Positions 27,391 through 39,033 of a stretch of DNA of 47,495 nucleotides are shown here, one piece after another. The DNA lies in the NCBI GenBank assembly GCA_964420685.1, contig CAYQUI010000005.1:1-47495 (forward strand). The letters run 5' to 3'. The translations under genes were made by a program, and so were the position numbers. The stretch's first letter is position 1, and every line of letters begins with the position of its first letter. Under the pieces are notes generated by a model that worked only from the letters and a program-made list of their open reading frames with translations, made no database searches and was not told the origin of the DNA. The stretch is from an uncultured Lentisphaeraceae bacterium (GTDB lineage Bacteria; Verrucomicrobiota; Kiritimatiellia; RFP12; UBA1067).

Positions 27391-29085
27391 TTGGTGGACG
27401 GCCTTCCTGAAGTCCTGAAGAAACTTCTCCGGGTTCGCGGAATCAATGAGGCGGACTGGGAGAAGTTTCTTCGTCCTTCTTTGCGGGACTTGGCCGAACC
27501 AACGGAACTTCCTGGCGTCGCGGCGGCGGCGGACGTCATCCTTGCGGCGCTCGCCGCGCGGCAGCGCATCGTCGTCTTTGGCGACTACGACTGCGACGGC
27601 GTCTGCGCGACGGCGATTCTCGTCAAGACGCTCACGGCGTTGGCGGCTGGCTGTCCCGCGCCCGACATCCCCGTCCCCCAGCCGTTTCTGCCCGAACGCC
27701 TGACCGAGGGCTATGGCATGACGGACGCCTCGGTCGAACGGCTGCTGAAGGAATTCTCGGACGTTGGACTGGTCGTCACGGTTGACAACGGCATCAACTC
27801 CATCAAGCAGGTCGCCGACTTGAAGGCGAAGGGGGTGTCCGTCGTCGTGACGGACCACCATCTGCCCGGCGAGGAACTGCCGGCGGCGGCGGTTGTCGTC
27901 AATCCGAAGGTTGCGGCCCCCGACCACTTGAAGGGCTTGTGCGGTGCGGGCGTCGCGTTTTTCCTTGCGAATCGGCTTGTTGCCGAGGCAAGGCGGCGTG
28001 GCCTTTACGACGGGCCGAAGCTCGGCGGGCCGCTCCTCATTCTCGCGGGGCTTGCGACGGTGACGGACATCATGCCCGTCCGTGGGCAGAACCGCATTCT
28101 TGTCGCGGAGGCGCTCAAGAACTTTCGCACGTGCGCGCCGCTGGGTCTGCAGGAGCTCCACTCGCGTGCCGCGCGTTGCGCGCGAGACCGCCTGACGTCG
28201 CGCGACTTCGGTTTCATGCTGGGGCCGCGCATCAATGCGGCGGGGCGGCTCGCAAGCGGCATGGACGCGCTGGATCTCATTCTTGAGACGAATCGTGAGC
28301 GGGTGCGCGAGTATGCGCGACGAATCGACCTGAACAACGCCGAACGGCGGAGCATCGAGCAGAAGATGACGGATGACGCGCTGGCGCAGGTCGTCCCTGG
28401 CGCGGCGGCGCAGGTGATCGACCTGCCCGACGGGCATCCCGGCGTCGCGGGCATTGTTGCCGCGCGTGTGATGGAAAAGCTGGAGGAGGCGTCGGGGGCA
28501 AAGGTTCCCGTTTGCGTGCTGGCGGGCGGGCATGGGAGCGCGCGCGCGCCCGAAGGCCTGAACATCCGCGATGCATTTGTCGCGTGCGACGAGGTGCTGG
28601 AACGTTATGGCGGGCATGCGGCGGCCGGCGGCTTCTCCGTCAAGGAGGGACAGGTCGATCGTTTCCGCGAGCTTTTGGCGGCGTATTGCGAGAAGATGCG
28701 GGCGAAGGGCGTGTGCACGACCGTTTGTGAACGGCGGGCCGACCTTGATTCGCCGGATGTGAAGCTGGACGATTTCACGCTGGAGCTGGCCGAGGCGCTG
28801 TCGCAGATGGAACCCTATGGCGAGGGCAACCTCGAGCCGGTCTTCGGGTTGCGCGGCGTGTGGCTTCGGGATGTCCGGCCGTTTGGCGCTGACGGGCAGC
28901 ATTTGTCCGTCCGCATGGGCGCGTCCGAAACGGCCGGCGACTTGCGCGCGATTTGGTGGAAGCACGGCGCACAGGCCGAGTCGCTTCGCGCGGCCAGTGC
29001 CGTTCCGCATGACGTGCGCTTTACGCTTGCCGTTTCGGACTACGGCGAGCGGCATGTCGAGTTGCGGCTTTTGTCGATTGACTGA
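27391..29085 (+). CDS. recJ: ssDNA exonuclease RecJ
   Basis: GDYDCDG, EGYG, TVDNG, TDHH, GPRINAAGR, GSAR, GGHAAAGG and EPYGEGN motifs. Confidence 0.95.
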   Translation: MVDGLPEVLKKLLRVRGINEADWEKFLRPSLRDLAEPTELPGVAAAADVILAALAARQRIVVFGDYDCDGVCATAILVKTLTALAAGCPAPDIPVPQPFLPERLTEGYGMTDASVERLLKEFSDVGLVVTVDNGINSIKQVADLKAKGVSVVVTDHHLPGEELPAAAVVVNPKVAAPDHLKGLCGAGVAFFLANRLVAEARRRGLYDGPKLGGPLLILAGLATVTDIMPVRGQNRILVAEALKNFRTCAPLGLQELHSRAARCARDRLTSRDFGFMLGPRINAAGRLASGMDALDLILETNRERVREYARRIDLNNAERRSIEQKMTDDALAQVVPGAAAQVIDLPDGHPGVAGIVAARVMEKLEEASGAKVPVCVLAGGHGSARAPEGLNIRDAFVACDEVLERYGGHAAAGGFSVKEGQVDRFRELLAAYCEKMRAKGVCTTVCERRADLDSPDVKLDDFTLELAEALSQMEPYGEGNLEPVFGLRGVWLRDVRPFGADGQHLSVRMGASETAGDLRAIWWKHGAQAESLRAASAVPHDVRFTLAVSDYGERHVELRLLSID

Positions 29086-29191
29086 CGGGTCGCAGGTGTT
29101 CCCTGCGCCAGTCTGCCTGACGCGGCGCATGTTCCTTGCCGTTGTGCGGACGGATTTGTGCGCGCGGGCGTTTGTGGTATAATACGAATCC

Positions 29192-30613
29192 ATGAAGAAC
29201 TATCTTGCGATTGACATCGGTGCTTCCTCCGGGCGGCATATCCTTGGACGAGTCGAGGACGGGAAGATCGCCTTGGAAGAGGTCTACCGCTTCGACAACT
29301 CGCAGGTCGTCAAGAACGGCCACGACTGCTGGGACATCGAAAAGCTTGTCGCGTCCGTCAAGGCGGGCATCGACGCCGCGCTTGCGAAGGGTTCTGTCGA
29401 ATCGATTGGCATTGACACGTGGGGCGTTGATTTTGTCCTTTTGGACGCGCAGGGGCGGCTTGTGGGCGACGCCGTCGCCTACCGTGACGCGCGGACGCAG
29501 GGGGCGGACAAGGAAATCGAGGCAGGCGTCCTCTCGTTCGCGGAGCTCTATCGGCGCGTGGGCCTCCAGAAGGCCCCCTACAACACGATCTATCAGCTGT
29601 GGGCGCTCAAGAAGGAGCATCCCGAACAGCTGGCGGCGGCCGCGCATTTCCTGACGGTGCCCGAATACCTCAACTATGCGCTCACGGGGAAGATCGTCCA
29701 CGAGTACACCGACTCCTCGACGACGGCGCTTCTGAACGCGGCGAAGAAGGACTGGGACTTTGACCTCATCGAGAAGCTGGGGCTTCCGACGCGGATCTTC
29801 GGGAAGCTGGAGATGCCGGGCGCGACGGTCGGCGACTACAAGGGCGTGAAAGTCGTCCTCCCGGCCCTCCACGACACGGGGTCGGCCTATCTCGCCGTCC
29901 CGGCGCGCGATGACAAGGCGGTCTACCTGTCGAGCGGCACATGGTCGCTTCTGGGCGTCGAGAACCGGGAGCCGATCACGACGAAGGCGGCGCAGGCGGC
30001 GAACTTCACGAACGAAGGCGGCGCATGGGGACGCTACCGGTTCCTCAAGAACATCATGGGGCTCTGGATGATCCAGTCGATTCGGCGCGAACTCAACGGC
30101 GTAAGCTATGTCGAGGGGCGCGAACGCGACGAGACGATTGAGGCCCTGAAGGCCCTGACGGACTACGAGAAGGGGCGGCAGTATTCGTTTGCCGACCTTG
30201 AGATGCGCGCGCGCGACGCGAGCGACTACCGCGTGACGATTGACGTCAACGAGGCGCGTTTCCTCAATCCGAAGTCGATGATCGGCGAGGTGCTGGCGTC
30301 GGCGGCGCGGGAGGGGGCCGCCCCGACGACCGTGGGCGCGCTCATGCAGTGCGTCTACCGGTCGCTTGCCGAGTGCTATGCGGACGCGATCCGCAGTCTT
30401 TCGGAGATCACGGGCAAGACATACACGTCCATCAACATTGTCGGCGGCGGCTCGAAGGATCTCTACCTCAACGCGCTCACGGCCGAGGCGACGGGACTGG
30501 AGGTCTTCGCGGGCCCGACGGAAGGCACGGCGATCGGCAACCTCATCGTGCAGATGATCGTCGGCGGGGAATTCGCCGATCTCGCCGCCGCCCGCGCGGC
30601 CATCGCCCGATAA
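29192..30613 (+). CDS. rhaB: Rhamnulokinase (FGGY sugar kinase)
   Basis: AIDIGASSGR, GIDTWGVD, HDTGSA, SSGTWSLLG, FTNEGG and LKNIMGLW motifs. Confidence 0.88.
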   Translation: MKNYLAIDIGASSGRHILGRVEDGKIALEEVYRFDNSQVVKNGHDCWDIEKLVASVKAGIDAALAKGSVESIGIDTWGVDFVLLDAQGRLVGDAVAYRDARTQGADKEIEAGVLSFAELYRRVGLQKAPYNTIYQLWALKKEHPEQLAAAAHFLTVPEYLNYALTGKIVHEYTDSSTTALLNAAKKDWDFDLIEKLGLPTRIFGKLEMPGATVGDYKGVKVVLPALHDTGSAYLAVPARDDKAVYLSSGTWSLLGVENREPITTKAAQAANFTNEGGAWGRYRFLKNIMGLWMIQSIRRELNGVSYVEGRERDETIEALKALTDYEKGRQYSFADLEMRARDASDYRVTIDVNEARFLNPKSMIGEVLASAAREGAAPTTVGALMQCVYRSLAECYADAIRSLSEITGKTYTSINIVGGGSKDLYLNALTAEATGLEVFAGPTEGTAIGNLIVQMIVGGEFADLAAARAAIAR

Positions 30614-30655
30614 CTGTCGGATGGCGCGTGGCGTTTTCTGGTGCAAGGCCTTGAA

Positions 30656-31183
30656 ATGAAGAACTTGAACGACTATGTCAAGGCGATTCCGGATTTCCCG
30701 AAAGAGGGCGTCCTGTTTCGCGACGTGACGGGGATTCTTGAGTCGCCGGACGGCTTTCAGCTCGTCCTCGACCGTGCGACGGGTCTTCTCGCCGACTGTG
30801 AATTCGACCTTGTGGCCGCGCCGGAATCGCGCGGCTTCATTTTTGGCGCCGCGCTCGCGGATCGCTTCCGGACGGCGTTCGTGCCGATTCGCAAGCCAGG
30901 CAAGTTGCCTCGTGAGACGATTTCCGAGGCGTATGACCTCGAATACGGCAAGGCCGAGCTTCATATGCACGCCGATGCCGTGAAGCCGGGCCAGCGCGTC
31001 GTGATCGTTGACGACCTCCTGGCGACGGGCGGCACGGCGCGTGCGGCGGCGAAGCTCGTCGAGCGTCTGGGCGGCGTCGTCGTGAAGATGATCTTCCCGA
31101 TCGAGCTTGAGGGCTTCGCCGCGCGGGCGAACGCGCTCAAGGGCTATGACGTCGCGACGTTCGTGAAGTACCCGGGGAAATGA
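30656..31183 (+). CDS. apt: Adenine phosphoribosyltransferase
   Basis: IPDFPKEGVLFRD, ESRGF, RKPGKLP, LEYG and VDDLLATGGT motifs. Confidence 0.96.
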   Translation: MKNLNDYVKAIPDFPKEGVLFRDVTGILESPDGFQLVLDRATGLLADCEFDLVAAPESRGFIFGAALADRFRTAFVPIRKPGKLPRETISEAYDLEYGKAELHMHADAVKPGQRVVIVDDLLATGGTARAAAKLVERLGGVVVKMIFPIELEGFAARANALKGYDVATFVKYPGK

Positions 31184-31185
31184 GA

Positions 31186-31356
31186 GAAATGATCGAATGG
31201 GCGAATGAGCGTGAGACGGGCGATTGAATTTTGGCGATCGAATCTCGGAAGAGAGATTTGAGTGGCAAGAGAGGCGAGAGCCGGAAAGACAGGAGAGACG
31301 AGAGTTTGCGAGACAAAGCCTTTTCAACCCCTAACACTTAACTTCTAACCAACCTT
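31186..31356. repeat. Composite low-complexity intergenic tract of 8-, 9- and 7-bp degenerate repeats
   Basis: GAAATGATC/GAATGGGC/GAATGAGC, then purine-rich AGAGAGGCG/AGAGCCGGA/AAGACAGGA/GAGACGAGA, then CTAACAC/TTAACTT/CTAACCA. Confidence 0.6.
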
Positions 31357-31360
31357 CATT

Positions 31361-32821
31361 ATGTCCAGCCAAGAAGCCAACCACGAAAAGAAATCCTCCG
31401 CCCTTGACAAGGGCGGCATCTATGACGCGCGTATGCTGGGGCTGCCGAAGATGGGCATCCTCGGCGTTCAGCATATGTTCGCGATGTTCGGCGCGACGAT
31501 CCTCGTGCCGATCCTGACAGGGCTTTCGCCGTCCGCGACGCTTCTCTGGGCGGGGCTGGGCACGCTCCTCTTCCATTTCCTCACGAAGCGGACGGTGCCG
31601 GCGTTCCTTGGCTCGTCGTTCGCCTATCTGGCGGGCTATTTCGCCCTCACGGGCCTTGCCGGGTCGACGGGCTACGAGACGCTCACGAAGCCGGTCGCGC
31701 TCCAATACGCCTGCATCGGCGTTGCGACGTCGTCCGTCATCTACTTCATTGTCGCGGGCTTCGTGAAGGCGTGTGGCGTGAAGACGGTGATGAAGTACTT
31801 CCCGCCGGTTGTCACAGGGCCGATCATCATCGGCATCGGACTTGTCCTTTCGCCCGTCGCGGTCAACAGCTGCGAGGCGTCCTGGCCGATTGCGCTCGTC
31901 GCGATTGCGACGGTCATCGCCTTCTCGGTCTGGGGGCGCGGCATGTTCAGGATCATTCCGATCCTGATGGGCGTCATCTTCTCGTATGTGGCCGCCTGCC
32001 TCATGGGCAAGGCGGGCTGGGCGCCCGCAATTGACTATGCGCGCGTCGCGAACGCCGCATGGGTCGGGCTGCCCGTCCGCTGGAGCGACACGGTCTTCCC
32101 CGTCCTCGCAGAGCCGGACATGGGGCTGGTCGTCACGTCGCTCGCGATCATCGTGCCGCTGGCCTTTGCGACGATCATGGAGCATGTCGGCGACGTCTCG
32201 GCGATCAGCTCGACGGTCGGGCGCAACTACTTCGAGAATCCGGGTCTGCACCGCACGATGCTCGGCGACGGCCTCGCGACGTGCCTCGCCTCGCTCTTCG
32301 GCGCGCCGGCAAACACGACGTACGGCGAGAACACGGGCGTCCTCTCGCTCTCGAAGGTCTACGACCCGCGCGTCATCCGCATCGCGGCCGTCCTTGCGAT
32401 TCTCGTCTCGTTCTGTCCGAAGTTCTCCGCGTTTATCGGCACGATTCCCGGCGCGACGATCGGCGGCGTTTCGTTTGTCCTCTACGGGATGATTTCGGCG
32501 GTGGGCGTCCGCAACCTCGTCGAGTCGCGGGTCGATCTCGGCAAGTCGCGCAACATGCTCATCGCGGCCATCATTCTCGTCCTGACGCTGGGCATCTCGT
32601 TCTCGAAGGCGGGCGCAGTCAAGTTTGCCGTGGGCGGCGTCAACTTCGCGCTGTCGGGCCTCGCGGTCGGCGCGCTCACGGGCATTCTCCTCAACGCGAT
32701 CCTGCCGGGCAAGGACTTTCGCTTTTCCGAGACGGACTCGTCGATCAAGGATGCCGAGCGTTGGGGCGGCGTCAAGCCGGAGGACGGCGCGGAGACGGAC
32801 GTCGCGCCCGCGCGCGGATAG
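31361..32821 (+). CDS. uraA: Uracil/xanthine permease (NCS2 family)
   Basis: QHMFAMFGAT, FLGSSFA, PPVVTG, EHVGD and NTTYGENTGV motifs. Confidence 0.88.
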   Translation: MSSQEANHEKKSSALDKGGIYDARMLGLPKMGILGVQHMFAMFGATILVPILTGLSPSATLLWAGLGTLLFHFLTKRTVPAFLGSSFAYLAGYFALTGLAGSTGYETLTKPVALQYACIGVATSSVIYFIVAGFVKACGVKTVMKYFPPVVTGPIIIGIGLVLSPVAVNSCEASWPIALVAIATVIAFSVWGRGMFRIIPILMGVIFSYVAACLMGKAGWAPAIDYARVANAAWVGLPVRWSDTVFPVLAEPDMGLVVTSLAIIVPLAFATIMEHVGDVSAISSTVGRNYFENPGLHRTMLGDGLATCLASLFGAPANTTYGENTGVLSLSKVYDPRVIRIAAVLAILVSFCPKFSAFIGTIPGATIGGVSFVLYGMISAVGVRNLVESRVDLGKSRNMLIAAIILVLTLGISFSKAGAVKFAVGGVNFALSGLAVGALTGILLNAILPGKDFRFSETDSSIKDAERWGGVKPEDGAETDVAPARG

Positions 32822-32847
32822 GCGCGCCTTTGGGGCGTTGGCCCGCG

Positions 32848-32890
32848 AGTGGGACATTCTGTCGCGACAGAATGTCCCACTTCTTCTTTT
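32848..32890. other. 34-bp perfect palindrome followed by a T-rich tract (terminator and/or operator)
   Basis: AGTGGGACATTCTGTCG|CGACAGAATGTCCCACT at 32848-32881, then TCTTCTTTT. Confidence 0.8.
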
Positions 32891-32909
32891 CCGCGCCGCG
32901 CACGGGGAT

Positions 32910-32925
32910 TGGCACGGGATTTGCA
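32910..32925 (+). promoter_or_regulatory. Sigma54 (-24/-12) promoter upstream of dnaK
   Basis: TGGCACGGGATTTGCA matches TGGCAC-N5-TTGCW with exact GG-N10-GC spacing, 49 nt before the ATG. Confidence 0.8.
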
Positions 32926-32974
32926 AGAAATTTGGCGTCGCCCATGGTGGGCGAAAGAAAGTTGAGAATATACT

Positions 32975-34900
32975 ATGGCAAAAGTACTTGGAATTGACCT
33001 GGGCACGACGAACAGCTGCATGGCGGTGATGGAAGGCGGCGAGGCGACGGTCATCCCGAACAAGGAGGGTGCGCGGACGACGCCGTCGATCGTGGCGTTC
33101 ACGAAGACGGGCGAGATCCTGGTCGGCCAGGCGGCGAAGCGCCAGGCCGTGACGAACCCGAAGTCGACGATTTACTCGATCAAGCGGTTCATCGGCCGCC
33201 GGTTCAGCGAGATGACCGACGAGATCAAGATGGTCCCGTACGAGGTCGTCGCGGCGCCGAACGGCGATGCGGCCGTGAAGGTGAACGACAAGGTCTACAC
33301 GGCGCAGGAGATCTCCGCGATGGTCTTGCGCAAGCTGAAGGAAGACGCGGAGGCGTTTCTGGGCGAGAAGATCACGGAGGCCGTCATCACGGTGCCGGCG
33401 TACTTCAACGACCAGCAGCGGCAGGCGACGAAGGACGCGGGCAAGATCGCGGGCCTCGACGTCAAGCGCATCGTGAACGAGCCGACGGCGGCGTCGCTCG
33501 CGTACGGCCTCGACAAGAAGAAGAACGAGAAGATCGCGGTCTACGACTTCGGCGGCGGCACGTTCGACATTTCGGTCCTTGACATCGGCGACGGCGTCTT
33601 CGAGGTGAAGGCGACGAATGGTGATACGCATCTCGGCGGCGACGACCTCGACCAGGCGATCATGAAGTGGATGATCGAGGACTTCAAGGCCCAGCAGGGC
33701 ATCGACCTCGGCAACGACATGATGGCGCTCCAGCGTCTGAAGGAGGAGGCCGAGAAGGCGAAGTGCGCGCTGTCGACGGCGACGACCTACGACATCAACC
33801 TGCCGTTCATCACGGCGGACGCGACGGGCCCGAAGCACCTGACGGCGACGCTCACGAAGCAGAAGCTCGAGACGCTGACGATGGATCTCGTGAACCGCAC
33901 GTCGGAGCCGTGCCGCAAGTGCATGGCCGACGCGGATCTCTCGTCGGTCGACGAGGTCGTGCTCGTCGGCGGCCAGACGCGCATGCCGCTCATTCAGGAG
34001 AAGGCGAAGAGCCTCTTCGGCCGCGAGCCGCACAAGGGCGTCAACCCGGACGAGGTCGTCGCGATGGGCGCGGCCATCCAGGGCGGCATCCTGAAGGGCG
34101 AGGTGAAGGACGTGCTGCTGCTCGACGTGACGCCGCTGACGCTTGGCATCGAGACGCTGGGCGGCGTGCTGACCCCGCTCATCGAGCGGAACACGACGAT
34201 CCCGACGAAGAAGTCGCAGGTCTTCTCGACGGCGGCGGACAACCAGCCGGCCGTGACGATCGCGATTTTCCAGGGCGACCGCAAGATGGCGCGCGACAAC
34301 AAGGCGCTCGGCAACTTCAACTTGGACGGCATCCCGCCGGCGCCGCGCGGCGTTCCGCAGATCGAGGTCACGTTCGACATCGACGCGAACGGCATCCTCA
34401 ACGTCTCGGCGAAGGATCTCGGCACCCAGAAGGAGCAGAAGATCACGATCACGGCCGCAGGCGGTCTCTCGAAGGAGGAGATCGAGAAGATGCGCAAGGA
34501 CGCCGAGGCCCACGCGGCCGAGGACGAGAAGCGCCATGCCGAGGTCGAAGACCGCAACAAGGCCGACGGCCTTGCCTTCCAGGTCGAGAAGACGCTGAAG
34601 GACGCGGGTGACAAGATCGCCGCCGACAAGAAGGCGCCGGTCGAGGCCGCGCTCAAGGAGCTCAAGGACCTGCTCGCCAAGCAGCCGCCGGCCCCGATCG
34701 CCGACATCAAGGCGAAGCAGGAGGCGCTCATGAAGGCGATGGAGCCTGTCGCGCAGGAGATGTACGCCTCGGCCCAGGCCCAGCAGGGCGCGGCGGGCGC
34801 GAATCCCGGCGCCGGCACGCCGCCGCCGAACAGCGAGCCGCCGAAGGGCGACAAGAAGGAGGGCGACGACGTCGTCGACGCCGACTTCACGATGAAGTAA
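32975..34900 (+). CDS. dnaK: Chaperone DnaK (Hsp70)
   Basis: [31 protein letters not shown] and C-terminal VVDADF motifs. Confidence 0.99.
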   Translation: MAKVLGIDLGTTNSCMAVMEGGEATVIPNKEGARTTPSIVAFTKTGEILVGQAAKRQAVTNPKSTIYSIKRFIGRRFSEMTDEIKMVPYEVVAAPNGDAAVKVNDKVYTAQEISAMVLRKLKEDAEAFLGEKITEAVITVPAYFNDQQRQATKDAGKIAGLDVKRIVNEPTAASLAYGLDKKKNEKIAVYDFGGGTFDISVLDIGDGVFEVKATNGDTHLGGDDLDQAIMKWMIEDFKAQQGIDLGNDMMALQRLKEEAEKAKCALSTATTYDINLPFITADATGPKHLTATLTKQKLETLTMDLVNRTSEPCRKCMADADLSSVDEVVLVGGQTRMPLIQEKAKSLFGREPHKGVNPDEVVAMGAAIQGGILKGEVKDVLLLDVTPLTLGIETLGGVLTPLIERNTTIPTKKSQVFSTAADNQPAVTIAIFQGDRKMARDNKALGNFNLDGIPPAPRGVPQIEVTFDIDANGILNVSAKDLGTQKEQKITITAAGGLSKEEIEKMRKDAEAHAAEDEKRHAEVEDRNKADGLAFQVEKTLKDAGDKIAADKKAPVEAALKELKDLLAKQPPAPIADIKAKQEALMKAMEPVAQEMYASAQAQQGAAGANPGAGTPPPNSEPPKGDKKEGDDVVDADFTMK

Positions 34901-34958
34901 GGCGCAAGGCGAATCGATTACTCAACACTCTCAACCGAAAACCGAAAGGAAAAAGAAA

Positions 34959-35246
34959 ATGAACATCAGACCCCTGGGCGATCGCGTTCTCGTCGAACCG
35001 ATCGAGGAGAAGGAACAGACCGTCGGCGGCATCATCATTCCCGACTCGGCGAAGGAAAAGCCCATGCAGGGCAAGGTCATCGCCGTCGGCAAGAAGCTCG
35101 ACAAGGACGGCAAGGAGATCGCGTTCGACGTGAAGAAGGGCGACACGGTTCTTCTGCCGAAGTACGGCGGCACGGAAGTCAAGCTCGGCGACAAGAAGCT
35201 CCAGCTCGTCCGCGAAGACGACCTGCTGGGCGTCATTGAGAAGTAA
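34959..35246 (+). CDS. groES: Co-chaperonin GroES
   Basis: [23 protein letters not shown] and KYGGTEV motifs. Confidence 0.99.
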   Translation: MNIRPLGDRVLVEPIEEKEQTVGGIIIPDSAKEKPMQGKVIAVGKKLDKDGKEIAFDVKKGDTVLLPKYGGTEVKLGDKKLQLVREDDLLGVIEK

Positions 35247-36911
<1,665 letters not shown>

Positions 36912-36936
36912 GCCGAGACGGCTTCGGCCGGACAAG

Positions 36937-36974
36937 GAAGACGCCCGTGGAGCATTCTCCGGGCGTCTTCTTTT
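36937..36974 (+). terminator. Intrinsic terminator after groEL
   Basis: GAAGACGCCCG...CGGGCGTCTTC-TTTT. Confidence 0.85.
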
Positions 36975-37002
36975 GTCTGGCGCGGGCGGTGCGCAACGAG
37001 AC

Positions 37003-39021
37003 ATGAAAAGCCTTTTCTCCCTCAAGTCGGCGTTCAAGCCGACGGGCGACCAGCCGGAGGCGATCCAGGCGCTGCTGGACGGCCTGAAGCGCGGCGACGA
37101 CCGGCTCGTCCTGCGGGGCGTGACCGGGTCGGGCAAGACGTTCACGATGGCGAACCTCATCCAGCGGTGGGGACGTCCGACGCTCATCCTCTCCCACAAC
37201 AAGACGCTCGCCGCGCAGCTTTTCGCCGAGCTCAAGGAGTTCTTTCCGGAGAACGCCGTCGAGTATTTCATCAGCTACTACGACTACTATCAGCCGGAGG
37301 CGTACATTCCGCAGACGGACACGTACATCGAGAAGGACGCGGCGATCAACGAGGAGATCGAGCGCTACCGCCTCGCGGCGACGAATGCCCTCATCGCGCG
37401 GCGCGACGTGATCGTCGTCTCGTCGGTGAGCTGCATCTACGGACTTGGCGAGTCCGACGAATACCGTGACCTCGCCGTGCGCATCTCGACGTCCCGCTCG
37501 TCGTCGGAGGCCCCGCCGTCTCGCGCCGACGTGATTGCGCGGCTGGTCGAGGCGCAGTATGTCCGCAACGACTACGATTTCGCGCCCGGGGCGTTTCGCG
37601 TGCGCGGCGACGTCCTTGACGTCTTCCCGGCCTACGAGACGAAGGCCGTGCGCATCGAGTTCTTCGGCGACGAGATTGATTCGATCCGCGAACTGGATCC
37701 GCTGACGGGAAAATGCGGCGTCTCGATGCCGGCCGTCGTCATCACGCCCGCGAAGCAGTTCGTCATGGGCAAGGATCGCTTCGAGGCGGCGTTCGCGCGC
37801 ATCGCGGCGGAACTGGACGAGCGGCTGAAGTTCTTCGCGGCGAACGGCAAGCTCCTGGAGGCGCAGCGGCTCAAGGAACGCACGGAGTACGACATCGAGA
37901 TGATGCGCGAACTCGGCTACTGCAACGGCATCGAGAACTACTCGCGCCCGCTTACGGGCCGTGCGCCGGGGACGGCGGGCGAGTGCCTGATCGACTATTT
38001 CCCGGACGACTTTCTGACCATCATCGACGAGAGCCACGTCTCGGTCCCGCAGATCCGCGCCATGTACAACGGCGACCAGGCGCGCAAGTCGAAGCTTGTG
38101 GACTACGGCTTTCGTCTGCCGAGCGCGAAGGACAACCGTCCGCTCACGTTCGACGAGTTCAACGCGAAGGTGAAGCAGGTCGTCTACTGCTCGGCGACGC
38201 CGGGCGACTACGAGTACGCCCAGTCGCAGACGGTCGCCGAGCAGGTGATTCGTCCGACGGGACTGCTCGACCCCGAGATCGAACTGCGTCCGCTCAAGAA
38301 CCAGATTGACGATCTCATCGGCGAAATCGACCGCGTCGTGAAGGACGGGGGCCGCGTGTTCGTGACGACGCTCACGAAGCGCTCGTCCGAAGACCTCACG
38401 CACTACTTGCACGAGGCGGGCATTCGCGTCGAGTACCTGCATTCGGACATTGACGCGATCGAGCGCGTCTCGATTCTCCAGCGGCTGCGCAAGGGCGAGT
38501 TCGACGTCTTGGTGGGCATCAACCTTCTGCGCGAGGGGCTGGACTTGCCGGAGGTCGCGCTTGTCGCGATCCTCGACGCGGACAAGGAGGGCTTTTTGCG
38601 TTCGACGACGTCGCTCGTGCAGACGGCGGGCCGCACGGCGCGGCACGAGAAGGGGCGCGTCATCCTCTACTGCGACCACAAGACGGACGCGATTCGCGAC
38701 CTTCTGCGCATCACGAAGGCGCACCGCGAGAAGCAGATCGCCTACAATGCGGCGCATGGCATCGTGCCGCGTTCCGTCAAGCGCGCGATCAACGAGTCGG
38801 CGTACGTGTACAAGAGCGGGAAGGCGGAAAAGTGGGAAAGTGGGAAGGCGGGAGTGGGGAAGCGTGGGCTGGTGGAAGGAAATGGCGGAGCGGCACGGGA
38901 AGAGGCGCTAGAAGAGCTCACGCGCGAGATGCTGGAGGCGGCGGACAATCTTGAGTTTGAGCGCGCGGCGTATCTGCGCGACCAGATCAAGGAGATGAAG
39001 AAGAAGAGACGAGAAAAATGA
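37003..39021 (+). CDS. uvrB: Excinuclease ABC subunit B (start refined to 37003)
   Basis: PTGDQPEAI, GVTGSGKT, YYDYYQPEAY, DESH, GINLLREGLD and C-terminal UVR domain (FERAAYLRD). Confidence 0.98.
   Translation: MKSLFSLKSAFKPTGDQPEAIQALLDGLKRGDDRLVLRGVTGSGKTFTMANLIQRWGRPTLILSHNKTLAAQLFAELKEFFPENAVEYFISYYDYYQPEAYIPQTDTYIEKDAAINEEIERYRLAATNALIARRDVIVVSSVSCIYGLGESDEYRDLAVRISTSRSSSEAPPSRADVIARLVEAQYVRNDYDFAPGAFRVRGDVLDVFPAYETKAVRIEFFGDEIDSIRELDPLTGKCGVSMPAVVITPAKQFVMGKDRFEAAFARIAAELDERLKFFAANGKLLEAQRLKERTEYDIEMMRELGYCNGIENYSRPLTGRAPGTAGECLIDYFPDDFLTIIDESHVSVPQIRAMYNGDQARKSKLVDYGFRLPSAKDNRPLTFDEFNAKVKQVVYCSATPGDYEYAQSQTVAEQVIRPTGLLDPEIELRPLKNQIDDLIGEIDRVVKDGGRVFVTTLTKRSSEDLTHYLHEAGIRVEYLHSDIDAIERVSILQRLRKGEFDVLVGINLLREGLDLPEVALVAILDADKEGFLRSTTSLVQTAGRTARHEKGRVILYCDHKTDAIRDLLRITKAHREKQIAYNAAHGIVPRSVKRAINESAYVYKSGKAEKWESGKAGVGKRGLVEGNGGAAREEALEELTREMLEAADNLEFERAAYLRDQIKEMKKKRREK
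38816..38880. repeat. 8-bp GYGGGAAR array inside the uvrB linker
   Basis: GCGGGAAG/GCGGAAAA/GTGGGAAA/GTGGGAAG/GCGGGAGT, then decaying; encodes SGKAEKWESGKAGVGK. Confidence 0.75.
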
Positions 39022-39033
39022 TATAATATGTTC

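Noticed and set aside
30622-30645. Sigma54-like TGGC...TGCA upstream of apt
   Set aside because: The GG-to-GC spacing is 11 nt rather than the required 10.
31331-34537. Very long antisense or alternative-frame ORFs (e.g. 1068 aa here; also 8064-10829, 19580-21847, 23863-26445, 35256-37271, 42789-44723)
   Set aside because: They are shadows of well-supported genes. Strong GC3 codon bias removes stops in the antisense frame, and the products are Arg-rich with no motifs.
32821-34958. CIRCE element upstream of dnaK or groES
   Set aside because: I found no TTAGCACTC-N9-GAGTGCTAA match; the TGGCAC motif fits sigma54 spacing instead.
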